The notes below the pieces were generated by a model. It was not told where the DNA came from. It made no database searches and saw only the letters and a program-made list of their open reading frames with translations. A DNA stretch of 64,000 nt from Aggregatilineales bacterium (lineage in GTDB: Bacteria > Chloroflexota > Anaerolineae > Aggregatilineales > J027): NCBI GenBank assembly GCA_965215855.1, contig CBDCER010000002.1:324367-388366 (forward strand), in the 5' to 3' direction. Positions within the stretch are counted from its first letter, which is position 1. Every line of letters starts with the position of its first letter. The position numbers and the translations under genes were made by a program. Shown piece by piece: positions 1 through 8,889 of the stretch.

Positions 1-16
1 CTCTATTGGGTAGACC

Positions 17-45
17 GTTATATACGATAGCGATGGTGGTACAAT
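17..45 (+). promoter_or_regulatory. possible promoter (extended -10) upstream of sufE
   Basis: TGgTACAAT at 37-45 is a TG-extended -10. The only -35-like hexamer is a weak GTTATA at 17-22 with 17-nt spacing. The site is ~55 nt upstream of the sufE ATG. Confidence 0.25.
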
Positions 46-99
46 CGATATCCTTGATGTACCTGACTTGGGCAATAGATGAGATAAAATCAGGAGACT

Positions 100-543
100 A
101 TGGCCGAACTAAACGAATATCCAGAAGCCTTGCGCGAAATCCTGGAAATATTTGACGAGTCCAACGAAAGCGAACGCATGGAAATGTTGCTGGACTACAG
201 TGACCGTTTTCGAGAAGTGCCGGAGACCATCGCCAAACGCCCCTTCCCCGAAGAAAATCGGGTACAGCGTTGCGAGTCGGAGGCGTATGTCTTTGTGGAA
301 AGCCGCGACGATGATCGCTTGCATTTTCACTTTGCCGTTGAAAATCCGCAGGGTGTATCGGCGCGGGCAATGGGCGCGATTTTGCAGGAGTCACTCTCTG
401 GCGCGACTGCCAATGACATCCTGATCATACCGCATGATATTGTGATCCGGTTGTTCGGGCGACGAATCTCGATGGGCAAAGGCGAAGGGCTATTGGGGAT
501 GGTATCGTTGTTGAAGTATTATGCGAAGAAGCAAACATCATGA
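100..543 (+). CDS. sufE: SufE-family sulfur acceptor protein
   Basis: 147 aa with AGGAG at 92-96. The SufE-like acceptor-Cys context is RVQRCESEAYVFV. ATGA overlap with the downstream sufS. Confidence 0.85.
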   Translation: MAELNEYPEALREILEIFDESNESERMEMLLDYSDRFREVPETIAKRPFPEENRVQRCESEAYVFVESRDDDRLHFHFAVENPQGVSARAMGAILQESLSGATANDILIIPHDIVIRLFGRRISMGKGEGLLGMVSLLKYYAKKQTS

Positions 544-1784
544 CGACAAAAACACTTGATGTCCAGGCCGTGCGGGCCGATTTCCCCATTTTGCATCAGG
601 AGGTGCATCCCGGTAAACCGCTGGTGTTTCTGGATAGTGCCGCCAGCAGTCAGAAGCCAGTGCAGGTCATTGAGGCCATGAATCACTATTATCGCAATAC
701 GCACGCCAATGTGCATCGCGGGTTGCATGTCCTGAGTGAAGCGGCGACAGATGCTTATGAAGGTAGCCGTGACAAAGTGAAAGCCTTCATCAATGCTAAA
801 TCACGCAAGGAAGTGATTCTGACGGGTAACACCACCGCCAGCATGAACCTGTTAGTGCAGACGTGGGGCCGCGCTAATTTGCAGGCGGGCGATGTGGTGA
901 TTTTGAGCGAGATGGAACACCACGCCAACATCGTCCCCTGGCACATCCTGGCGCTGGAGAAGAACATCCAACTGCGCTATATCCCTATCACCGACGACTA
1001 TATCCTCGATATGGAAGCCTATGCACAGATGTTGCGCGAGGGACCAGTGAAAGCCGTGAGCGTGGCGCATGTCAGCAACGTGTTGGGCACGGTCACACCG
1101 CTGGCAGAAATGGTGCGGATGGCGCATGAGGTGGGCGCGATTGCTGTCGGCGATGGGGCACAGGGCGTGCCACACATGCCGGTGGATGTGCAGGCGTTGG
1201 ATATCGACTTCTATGCGTTCAGCAGCCACAAAATGTGTGGACCAACGGGCATTGGGGTGCTGTATGGCAAAAAGCACCTATTGGAAGCCATGCCCCCCTG
1301 GTTCGGCGGCGGTGATATGATCCGCAAAGTGACGTTTGAAGGCTCGCAATGGAACGACCTACCCTATAAATTCGAGGCCGGGACGCCACCCATTGCCGAA
1401 GGGATTGGTCTGGGGGCGGCGGTTGATTATCTGAACGATCTGGGGATGGGTGTGGTTCATGCCCATGAACAAATGATTACCGATTATGCCCATGAACGGC
1501 TGGCGGAAGTGCCCGGTTTGAAGCTCTTTAACCCACCGCAGCCGTATCGCAGTGGACTGGCAACGATGATGCTGGACGATATTCATGCTCATGATCTGGC
1601 GCAAATTCTGGACTTTGAAGGAGTGGCAGTGCGGGCTGGTCATCATTGTGCCATGCCGTTGCATCGCCAACGCTTGCAAGTTCCAGCCACCACCCGCGCC
1701 AGCTTTTACCTCTACACGACCCGTGAGGAAATTGATACACTGGTGGATGCCCTCTATGTAGCGAAAAGGAAATTCGCCCAATGA
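540..1784 (+). CDS. sufS: cysteine desulfurase SufS (class V aminotransferase)
   Basis: 414 aa. Motifs: HHANIVPW, PLP-lysine region FSSHKMCGPTGIG, and catalytic-Cys loop RAGHHCAMP. Overlaps both neighbouring genes. Confidence 0.95.
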   Translation: MTTKTLDVQAVRADFPILHQEVHPGKPLVFLDSAASSQKPVQVIEAMNHYYRNTHANVHRGLHVLSEAATDAYEGSRDKVKAFINAKSRKEVILTGNTTASMNLLVQTWGRANLQAGDVVILSEMEHHANIVPWHILALEKNIQLRYIPITDDYILDMEAYAQMLREGPVKAVSVAHVSNVLGTVTPLAEMVRMAHEVGAIAVGDGAQGVPHMPVDVQALDIDFYAFSSHKMCGPTGIGVLYGKKHLLEAMPPWFGGGDMIRKVTFEGSQWNDLPYKFEAGTPPIAEGIGLGAAVDYLNDLGMGVVHAHEQMITDYAHERLAEVPGLKLFNPPQPYRSGLATMMLDDIHAHDLAQILDFEGVAVRAGHHCAMPLHRQRLQVPATTRASFYLYTTREEIDTLVDALYVAKRKFAQ

Positions 1785-2176
1785 TGGATATGTACCAGGA
1801 AAACATATTGGATCATGCCCAACATCCGCGCCATTGGGGATTGCTGGATCAGCATAATCTACACGCCGAAGACGAAAATCCGTTGTGTGGCGATACGCTG
1901 GAATTGACGTTGCGCGTGGACGAACATGGTATCGTGGCCGGCCTGGGGTGGGACGGCCAGGGTTGTGCCATCAGCCAGGCCACGGCTTCCATGCTCGGCG
2001 AGGAAATTCTCGGTAAGTCATTGGATGATTTGAAGCAACTCAGCAAAGAGGAAGTGCTGGAACTGGTCGGGATTCCCCTCAGCATGAGTCGCCTGAAATG
2101 CGCCTTGTTATCACTAAAAGTGGTGAAGGCGGCGGCTTATAACCTGGAACGCTGGACAGACGACGATGACGATTAA
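1781..2176 (+). CDS. sufU: SufU/IscU-like Fe-S assembly / sulfur-transfer protein
   Basis: 131 aa. Shows the SufU pattern NPLCGD ... GQGCAISQASAS ... RLKCALL, giving three Cys plus Asp ligands. ATGA overlap with the sufS stop. Confidence 0.85.
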   Translation: MMDMYQENILDHAQHPRHWGLLDQHNLHAEDENPLCGDTLELTLRVDEHGIVAGLGWDGQGCAISQATASMLGEEILGKSLDDLKQLSKEEVLELVGIPLSMSRLKCALLSLKVVKAAAYNLERWTDDDDD

Positions 2177-3539
2177 TCTGAACATCCTGACGCCGGATGC
2201 GGTGCGATGTTTGGATATAGCCGTTGCTGCCGCCCGCGAACGCCATTATCCCTATGTGGACACTGAGCATCTGTTGATTGGTATCTTGAATACGGATATG
2301 GGTGACAATGTGTTGGCGGCCAGTGGTGTAGCGGCGGACGAGTTGTTGCAGGCGATTCTAAATGAACTGAGTATGGTGCGTGAAGAGCCGTTGAAACAAC
2401 TGAATGGCCTGACACGCAACGCTACCCAAGCTCTGTTCCGTGCTCAAGACATCGCACAATCACTGGCGTCGCAGCATCTCAATAGCGGCCACATCCTGCT
2501 CAGTTTGTTGAGAGAACCTGATCCGTTTCTGGCGGATGTTCTGTCACAATACCCACAGCTTGACCTAGATCAGATACAGGCATCCGTTATCAGTCAGAGT
2601 GCTGTGCCTTCCAGCACATTTGAGAAACACTGGCGACCCGCCACCTGGGAAACAGCGAAATATCTGGTTGGTAAAGGAACTGCTAGAACTGCGGCCAAAG
2701 TTACACCGATTCGTGGCAATGTCCGCATCGCACCGGCCGCCGCACAACGTCGCTCAACAACCCGCGCTCCTGGCGAGAGTTGGATGCCAGCCTGGGCAGC
2801 ATTGCTTTTGCTGGCAGCGGTGATCTCTGGTGCAATCATGCGACCCGACATCGCTGTGCCAGTGGTGATCGTGGTTGGGGGATGGATCATCTCGCTGGTT
2901 CTGCACGAATTTGGGCACGCGCTGGTGGCATATTGGGGCGGGGATCATACTGTCGTGGAAAAAGGGTATCTCTCACTCAACCCCATGAAATATATGCACC
3001 CATTACTCAGTATCGGCCTGCCGATGCTCTTTTTGTTGATGGGCGGCATCGGGCTGCCGGGCGGCGCGGTTTATATCGAGCGTCACCGATTGCGAAGCAG
3101 ATATTGGGGAGCTGCCGTATCAGCCGCCGGGCCGTTTGCCAACCTCATCTGTTTGCTGGTGTTTTCTGCGCCGTTTTGGACAGGCTATGTTGATAATGCG
3201 GAATATGTGGCTCGCAGTGATTTATGGAGTGCGGTGGCGTTTCTGGCCTGGCTGCAAGGCACAGCTATTCTATTTAACCTGATTCCTTTCCCGCCGCTGG
3301 ATGGGTTTGGCATTATTGAGCCATTTTTGCCGGAAGACCTCGCCATCAACCTGCGTTCGATGGGATTCGCGGGGTTGTTTCTCATCATCTTGATCTTCTG
3401 GTTGCCGCGCACCGACAACGGGTTTCATCCTGCCGACGCCTTCTTTGACCAGGTTGATAGCATCGCAGATCAAGTAGAAGTGCAAATCTATCAGTCCAGA
3501 CAGGGCTGGGATAATTTTCAATTCTGGGAAGATAATTAA
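2166..3539 (+). CDS. Clp N-terminal repeat domain fused to M50 (site-2 protease family) membrane metalloprotease
   Basis: 457 aa. The N-terminal ~150 aa resemble the ClpA/B N-domain double repeat (TEHLLIGIL ..., SGHILLSLL ...). These are followed by TM segments, HEFGHALVAY (HExxH) and LFNLIPFPPLDGF (the second S2P motif). Overlaps the sufU end by 11 nt. Confidence 0.8.
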   Translation: MTINLNILTPDAVRCLDIAVAAARERHYPYVDTEHLLIGILNTDMGDNVLAASGVAADELLQAILNELSMVREEPLKQLNGLTRNATQALFRAQDIAQSLASQHLNSGHILLSLLREPDPFLADVLSQYPQLDLDQIQASVISQSAVPSSTFEKHWRPATWETAKYLVGKGTARTAAKVTPIRGNVRIAPAAAQRRSTTRAPGESWMPAWAALLLLAAVISGAIMRPDIAVPVVIVVGGWIISLVLHEFGHALVAYWGGDHTVVEKGYLSLNPMKYMHPLLSIGLPMLFLLMGGIGLPGGAVYIERHRLRSRYWGAAVSAAGPFANLICLLVFSAPFWTGYVDNAEYVARSDLWSAVAFLAWLQGTAILFNLIPFPPLDGFGIIEPFLPEDLAINLRSMGFAGLFLIILIFWLPRTDNGFHPADAFFDQVDSIADQVEVQIYQSRQGWDNFQFWEDN

Positions 3540-3552
3540 CGGAGGATTCATT

Positions 3553-3885
3553 GTGGCTGGATATGTTACTGTTGCAACAGTTGATCAATTGCCACCTGGG
3601 GAGCGCATCGTCGTTGAAATCGGGGAGATGTATGTCGCGGTATTCAACGTGGGCGGAAAATTCTACGCGATTGAGGATTTCTGTACACATGATGAAGGGC
3701 CGCTGGCAGAAGGTGAACTCCATGCTGATGCCGACAACCCCAAAATCGAGTGCGACCGACATGGGGCGACGTTTGAATTGAAGACGGGCAAACCAACTTT
3801 TCCGGCGGTGGTTCCGGTGTCCCGTTTTGCGGTGCAGGTGCGGGACAGTGAGATTCAGGTGAATGTGGACGAGCCACTGCAATAA
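3553..3885 (+). CDS. Rieske [2Fe-2S] ferredoxin-like protein
   Basis: 110 aa with a GTG start and GGAGGA at 3541-3546. Rieske ligand boxes CTHDEGPL and CDRHGATF are present. Confidence 0.8.
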   Translation: MAGYVTVATVDQLPPGERIVVEIGEMYVAVFNVGGKFYAIEDFCTHDEGPLAEGELHADADNPKIECDRHGATFELKTGKPTFPAVVPVSRFAVQVRDSEIQVNVDEPLQ

Positions 3886-3907
3886 ACTACAAATCGCGGT
3901 TATTTCA

Positions 3908-3945
3908 AAAGCCCCATGAGTTCTTCTCTGGGGCTTTCTGATTCG
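3908..3945 (+). terminator. Rho-independent terminator candidate after the suf/Rieske operon
   Basis: AAAGCCCCA (3908-3916) pairs with TGGGGCTTT (3929-3937), giving a 9-bp stem and 12-nt loop. T-rich sequence follows. It lies between convergent genes. Confidence 0.5.
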
Positions 3946-4014
3946 CAATAATTCTGACGAGGGACCATATGCGCCGACCAGCAACTGTCAGTGTGGAGAA
4001 AACACTATAGGTAT

Positions 4015-4986
4015 CTAAAAAATCTCAGCCTGCGACTCGGCGGCTTTGGCAGCGTCGTCCACCATGCCCAACTTCGCAAATATCAGCGTGGCAGCTTGCA
4101 ATTGACGGGCGGCTGGCACACGACGGCCTCGCTTGGCAAGGCTGCGAGCATGCACGAGCATGGTGCGAGCGACTTCGCCTTCGGACTCCAACTCCTCGAA
4201 TGACTCAACAGACGCTTTGAAATAGTCATCGGGATTGGTCGAGAAATCGGCTTCATCGTTGGCGGGCGGTGTTTCAAGAGCCGTCAACACTTCGCCGACG
4301 GTACGGCTGGCAAGTCCGAGAACCAGTGGCTCTTTAATCTCTCTGGCAAGTTTTAGCGCCTGCCGGGCACGCTCCCAAGCTCCTTGCAGATCATTTTCAT
4401 TGAGATGAATAATCGCCATCCCATGACAGATTTCGGCCAATAAACCGGGAAGTGTGTTCTTATGTTCTGCGGGCCATTGATCAGACAATTGCTGGGCTTC
4501 TTGCAGTGCAGTACGGGCGCTTCTGAAATGCCCCATGCTGATCAGCATCAATCCTTCATTAGAACGAGCGACCGCCTGAGCGCGTAAATCACCTAAATGG
4601 ATAGCCTTTTCATAAGCAGCGTGGAACAGGCGACGCGCACGGGTGAAATCGCCCTTCTGACGATAACTCTCACCCAGATTGAGGTCGCAACTCATCAAAC
4701 GACTTTCATTGCCTAGCAGTTCATAGAGATCGCGGGCTTGCTCGAAGTGACGAATGCTGACATTCAGATTGGACCGATAGCCCTGCATATAGCCGAGCAG
4801 AAATTCAACACGGGCCTCATTTGCCATACAACTGCCTGCACAATCCTCCCGCTTCAATCGCTTGAAGGTTTCGACAGCGGTTTCAAACGGCAATTTGCCT
4901 GATTCCCATTCACGCAAAACCTCAAGGCAGCGTTGGTTGAATTCGGGGGATACATCTTGTGGTTGAGTAGATGATGAAGAGGCCAT
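4015..4986 (-). CDS. TPR repeat protein
   Basis: 323 aa with repeated ~34-aa helical units of TPR character (e.g. LGESYRQKGDFTRARRLFHAAYEKA, ISMGHFRSARTALQEA). Confidence 0.7.
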   Translation of the reverse strand: MASSSSTQPQDVSPEFNQRCLEVLREWESGKLPFETAVETFKRLKREDCAGSCMANEARVEFLLGYMQGYRSNLNVSIRHFEQARDLYELLGNESRLMSCDLNLGESYRQKGDFTRARRLFHAAYEKAIHLGDLRAQAVARSNEGLMLISMGHFRSARTALQEAQQLSDQWPAEHKNTLPGLLAEICHGMAIIHLNENDLQGAWERARQALKLAREIKEPLVLGLASRTVGEVLTALETPPANDEADFSTNPDDYFKASVESFEELESEGEVARTMLVHARSLAKRGRRVPAARQLQAATLIFAKLGMVDDAAKAAESQAEIF

Positions 4987-5199
4987 TGAAAGCTCCGCAA
5001 CAAAACATGGACTATTTTGTCTATCTTATTCAATCATAACAACTGGGGTTCAATTCGTCCAGTTTTGAAACCGTTAACAAACGCAAGAAATATCGGAGAT
5101 ACTCAGCTACATATGGATACATTGTGCTATATTCGCCCAATATAATTCGGTACAATGGAGTTTTGATAAGCAACAACACAATTGAGGACATGACAATCT

Positions 5200-6066
5200 A
5201 TGCCCCAACTCATCGTCAATGCCGACGACTTCGGTTTCAGCCCTGGTGTAAACAGTGGCATTATCCGCGCTTATAAAGAGGGTATCGTCACCTCGACAAC
5301 CGTGATGATTAACCTAGATTATGCCGAATCCGGATTGGAACAATTGTTGAAAGAAGCGCCCACCATCGGCATCGGGCTGCATATTAACCTGACACAAGGT
5401 CAACCAGTGGCTCCTGTCGCCCATGTGCCATCACTGGTTGACAGCGAGGGTCAGTTTTACCCCGAAACGCGGCTACTGGATGTTGCATTCGGCTTTGATG
5501 GTGACGAGTTGTATGAGGAAATCGCGGCGCAAATTGAGCTTTTTGTCGCCATCGCGGGACGCCCACCGACTCATCTGGACTCACATTTTCATGTGGCAAT
5601 GCTGCACCCATTGGCATTGGAGGCGACGTTGGCGCTGGCAGCGGAACATGGGAATTTGCCACTGCGCGAGTCGAAGGTTGATGCTCCGCCCGCGGAAATC
5701 GTCGCTAAAATTCAGCGGTTTATACCCGAACTACCCGATGCGCCCTTGCTGCAATTGATTCCACTTTTGAAGCAGATCATGGAACAAGAACCCATTCCCT
5801 ACATGCCCGCTCACTTCGAGACAGGCTTCAATGGGCCGGACACAACGTTAGGTGATCTGTTGAATATCTTGGTTGCCCTACCGGAAGATCGTCCCACTGA
5901 ATTGTTATGCCATCCGGGGATTGTCAATGATCCACTGAATCCCAATGCGGAACTGCGTCAAAAAGAACTGGATAGCCTAACGCATCCGGCGGCGCGAGAA
6001 GTGATCAACCGCTACAATATCCAACTGATCAATTACACGGCACTGCATCAAAGAACCGGAGAATGA
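5200..6066 (+). CDS. YdjC/ChbG-family carbohydrate deacetylase
   Basis: 288 aa. The N-terminus LIVNADDFGFSPGVNSGIIRAYKEGIVTSTTVM and the HLDSHFHV motif are typical of the YdjC family. Confidence 0.85.
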   Translation: MPQLIVNADDFGFSPGVNSGIIRAYKEGIVTSTTVMINLDYAESGLEQLLKEAPTIGIGLHINLTQGQPVAPVAHVPSLVDSEGQFYPETRLLDVAFGFDGDELYEEIAAQIELFVAIAGRPPTHLDSHFHVAMLHPLALEATLALAAEHGNLPLRESKVDAPPAEIVAKIQRFIPELPDAPLLQLIPLLKQIMEQEPIPYMPAHFETGFNGPDTTLGDLLNILVALPEDRPTELLCHPGIVNDPLNPNAELRQKELDSLTHPAAREVINRYNIQLINYTALHQRTGE

Positions 6067-6824
6067 TAACCATGACACATGATGCGCCTAACCCGGATGA
6101 CGACAAAGATATTGATGCTGCAACTCATTCGCTGCTGGATAGTCTGGACGATGAATTGAAACCAGCTCAACCACCGCCGGATGCGGCAACAGAGGCACTG
6201 TTGCAATCGCTGAACGACATAAAACCTCAAACGGTGAGTGAACCTCTGGCAGCAGCGGTTGTCGATGAAGCAACAGAAGACGCAACACGCTATCGCTATC
6301 GAATTGCAGCGGCGTTGCCCAAGACCTTGCAGGAAGCCATTACTGAGGCATTGGACACAGTGGATCTCGACCCCGCTGTAGGCATGTTCCAGTGGCAGGC
6401 GAGTTTTGAGGTTGAGCGCATGGATGTGTTGCGTGCGGCGTTGAATGAATGGTCTCAGGAACATCTGCCTATCGAGACCGGCACTGAAAAGGTGTATTGT
6501 GCGGTCGAAGGTTCACAGACCTATGTCGCAGGATGGACGCTCGCCAACACATCCGCAATTTATCAGGCTCAAAATGCACTGACAACGAGTCTGGCCGCCA
6601 TTGTCACACCGTTGGCCGGGGAATCGGCAGTTTTTCGCACGATACTACCCGTGATGGTCGGTGTGCCAGCAGATCGTTTCCCGCAATTGGTGGCGCATTT
6701 ACACGGACAGTTTACGCCGGAAACCTGGTCTATTCAGTCGCTTGAGATACTCCGTATCCCAATTGATGATAATGGCGTGATCATGACGGGAGCCGAATGG
6801 GAAGTTGTGAACAACCCAATATAA
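6063..6824 (+). CDS. hypothetical protein (acidic N-terminus)
   Basis: 253 aa. The 4-nt overlap with the ydjC-like gene suggests an operon. No motif recognised. Confidence 0.55.
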   Translation: MITMTHDAPNPDDDKDIDAATHSLLDSLDDELKPAQPPPDAATEALLQSLNDIKPQTVSEPLAAAVVDEATEDATRYRYRIAAALPKTLQEAITEALDTVDLDPAVGMFQWQASFEVERMDVLRAALNEWSQEHLPIETGTEKVYCAVEGSQTYVAGWTLANTSAIYQAQNALTTSLAAIVTPLAGESAVFRTILPVMVGVPADRFPQLVAHLHGQFTPETWSIQSLEILRIPIDDNGVIMTGAEWEVVNNPI

Positions 6825-6827
6825 GCG

Positions 6828-7565
6828 ATGGACCGCCCGCCTAACCCTCACTTCCAGCGACTTACGCCCCACGACAGTGGTTTTACGGCGGCGGTCGGCG
6901 CAACGCTGGGTTTCATATTTCATTTCCTGGTCTTGCAGGGGCTTTTTGCCAACCTTTACGACAACAATTCTTATCTGATAATCACGTTGATGCCTGCCCT
7001 GGCCGTTCCGCCTATGATTGCGCTGTATGCAGCCCGCTTCACTGCCCAGCATTGCCGCAGGGAGAACTATGAATGGCTGTATCTAACTTCATTGAGCAAC
7101 GCGCAATTGGTGTGGGGCTATGTGCGGGCAGTGACACAACGCACCGGATTTTTGGTTGGCTTTCAACGGGGGATAGTGATCATACACACGGTCATCGTGA
7201 TTTTCATTTGGAGAGTCACGGTGTTGTTTGAAGAAGAGGTGTTCTCCACCGAGCTGGCCGTTAGTCTCTTAGGGCCTATGACTGGATTGCTGGTTTTTAA
7301 CCGGCTGCCAGTTGCGCTAGGGGTCGGGTTTGGACTGCGATTCCGACATGTGCTTTATGCGACACTGAGTGCTTTGCTGCTGACCCTTTTGCTGTTTGCG
7401 ATCTGGGTGCAAAGCAGTATGCGACTGGTGCTGCCGGTGTTTCTGGACGCCAGTTCGCCTGAAACAGTGTATCCCCCTGTAATAGCTTTGCTGGCGACAC
7501 CCTATCTGGGAAGCCTGGGGATTACCCTGATGAGCTATCGTTGGGCACGATTGCAACGTGGCTAA
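6828..7565 (+). CDS. hypothetical integral membrane protein
   Basis: 245 aa with several long hydrophobic segments. Starts 3 nt after the upstream stop. Confidence 0.55.
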   Translation: MDRPPNPHFQRLTPHDSGFTAAVGATLGFIFHFLVLQGLFANLYDNNSYLIITLMPALAVPPMIALYAARFTAQHCRRENYEWLYLTSLSNAQLVWGYVRAVTQRTGFLVGFQRGIVIIHTVIVIFIWRVTVLFEEEVFSTELAVSLLGPMTGLLVFNRLPVALGVGFGLRFRHVLYATLSALLLTLLLFAIWVQSSMRLVLPVFLDASSPETVYPPVIALLATPYLGSLGITLMSYRWARLQRG

Positions 7566-7632
7566 TCGGTAATATCTGGGCAGCAAAACACGTCAATTTT
7601 CGTGAACAAAATAACAAATAAAGGAACTGTTT

Positions 7633-8160
7633 TTGAACAGACGATTTGGGCCAATTTTCCTCTTCGCCTCAATTTTTCTGGGCGGGTTGATGGTTTGGTT
7701 GGGGCGCGTAGATAGCCTAGATTTGGGGCCACCGGCTCCACGCACTGGCGCACCCGCGCCCGATTTCACGCTGGTTGACCTGGAAGGCAACACGCACAAG
7801 CTCTCGGAATATGTGGGGCAGGCGGTTATCATCAACTTCTGGTCGGTGTATTGTGTGCCGTGTCGTGCCGAAATGCCGGATTTGCAACAGGTTTATGAGG
7901 AATATCAGGATCAGGGGTTGGTATTGCTGGCAGTTAACCAGAATGAACCACCAAATGAGGTGGATGGCTTTATTGACGACTATGACCTAACATTCCCCAT
8001 TCTGTATGACACAGGTTTTGAGGTCAGCCGCGACTATGAAATCGAGTCATTCCCAACTACATATTTTGTTGACCGACGGGGGCGCGTCCGTCATGTCACG
8101 TTCACCGGCCCGATGAGCGCGAGCTTTGTCGAAAGCCTAGTTTTGGATTTGCTGAAGTAG
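7633..8160 (+). CDS. TlpA/ResA-like thiol:disulfide oxidoreductase (thioredoxin fold)
   Basis: 175 aa with a TTG start and AAGGAA at 7621-7626. It has an N-terminal membrane anchor and a CxxC motif in FWSVYCVPCRAEMP. Confidence 0.8.
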   Translation: MNRRFGPIFLFASIFLGGLMVWLGRVDSLDLGPPAPRTGAPAPDFTLVDLEGNTHKLSEYVGQAVIINFWSVYCVPCRAEMPDLQQVYEEYQDQGLVLLAVNQNEPPNEVDGFIDDYDLTFPILYDTGFEVSRDYEIESFPTTYFVDRRGRVRHVTFTGPMSASFVESLVLDLLK

Positions 8161-8163
8161 CCT

Positions 8164-8889
8164 ATGTATCGCACACTGCATATCGGTCCGGCAGCCTTGC
8201 AAACTGCCTTTGTTCTCTATCTGCTAGGTTTCTATCTGGCAACAGAGTTTGCCACACGCAATGCAAAACGCCATCACACCAACGGCAACACGATCCAAAA
8301 TGCCATGCTCGTGGGACTGGTCGGTGGATTAGTAGGCGCACGGTTGGTCTTTGCCGTGCTACATTGGGCAGCATATCAGGATGATTTGAGCGCATGGTTT
8401 TCGATTCGACCACAGGGATTGAATGTCGTCGGTGGGGTCATCGTTGGTAGCGCAGTGATGCTGGCATTTGGGCGCTGGCGGCGGGTTGCGCTGCGAGATT
8501 TTCTGGAAATCATCACGCCGGGTGTCGGCATTCTGATGGTCGTGCTGCCGCTGGCGTTTCTAGCAGAAGGCAGTGTCTTCGGCAAGGCCAGCGAGTTGCC
8601 CTGGGCCATTGAGTTGTGGGGTCTGAAGCGCCATCCCACGCAAGTTTACGCGGCCATTGGAAGTGCCGTGACATTCGGCATCTGGTGGCGTTATCGAGAC
8701 CGTCTGGATAATCATGAATTTCTGGTCATCGTCACAGGGAACGCGCTGACGTGGATGCTGGTAGGCTTCTTGTTGGCCGAACCTGCCCTGGCATTGGAGA
8801 GCTATCGCCTGGTGCAGGTGATGGCATGGGCGGTGCTGGTCGTTGTGGCCTTCGCCTGGAATCTGTCGCAACAAACCATGCAATCATGA
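8164..8889 (+). CDS. prolipoprotein diacylglyceryl transferase (Lgt)-like membrane protein
   Basis: 241 aa and polytopic. It contains the Lgt-like RHPTQVYAAIG motif. It is shorter than canonical Lgt, so the assignment is tentative. Confidence 0.5.
   Translation: MYRTLHIGPAALQTAFVLYLLGFYLATEFATRNAKRHHTNGNTIQNAMLVGLVGGLVGARLVFAVLHWAAYQDDLSAWFSIRPQGLNVVGGVIVGSAVMLAFGRWRRVALRDFLEIITPGVGILMVVLPLAFLAEGSVFGKASELPWAIELWGLKRHPTQVYAAIGSAVTFGIWWRYRDRLDNHEFLVIVTGNALTWMLVGFLLAEPALALESYRLVQVMAWAVLVVVAFAWNLSQQTMQS

Noticed and set aside
3385-3984. 199-aa minus-strand ORF spanning the M50 end, the Rieske gene and its terminator
   Set aside because: It overlaps two well-supported plus-strand genes and a terminator hairpin, and has no motifs.
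5040-5075. tRNA-like T-arm (GGGGTTCAATTCGTCC)
   Set aside because: There is no complementary stem, acceptor or anticodon arm around it. It is ordinary intergenic sequence.
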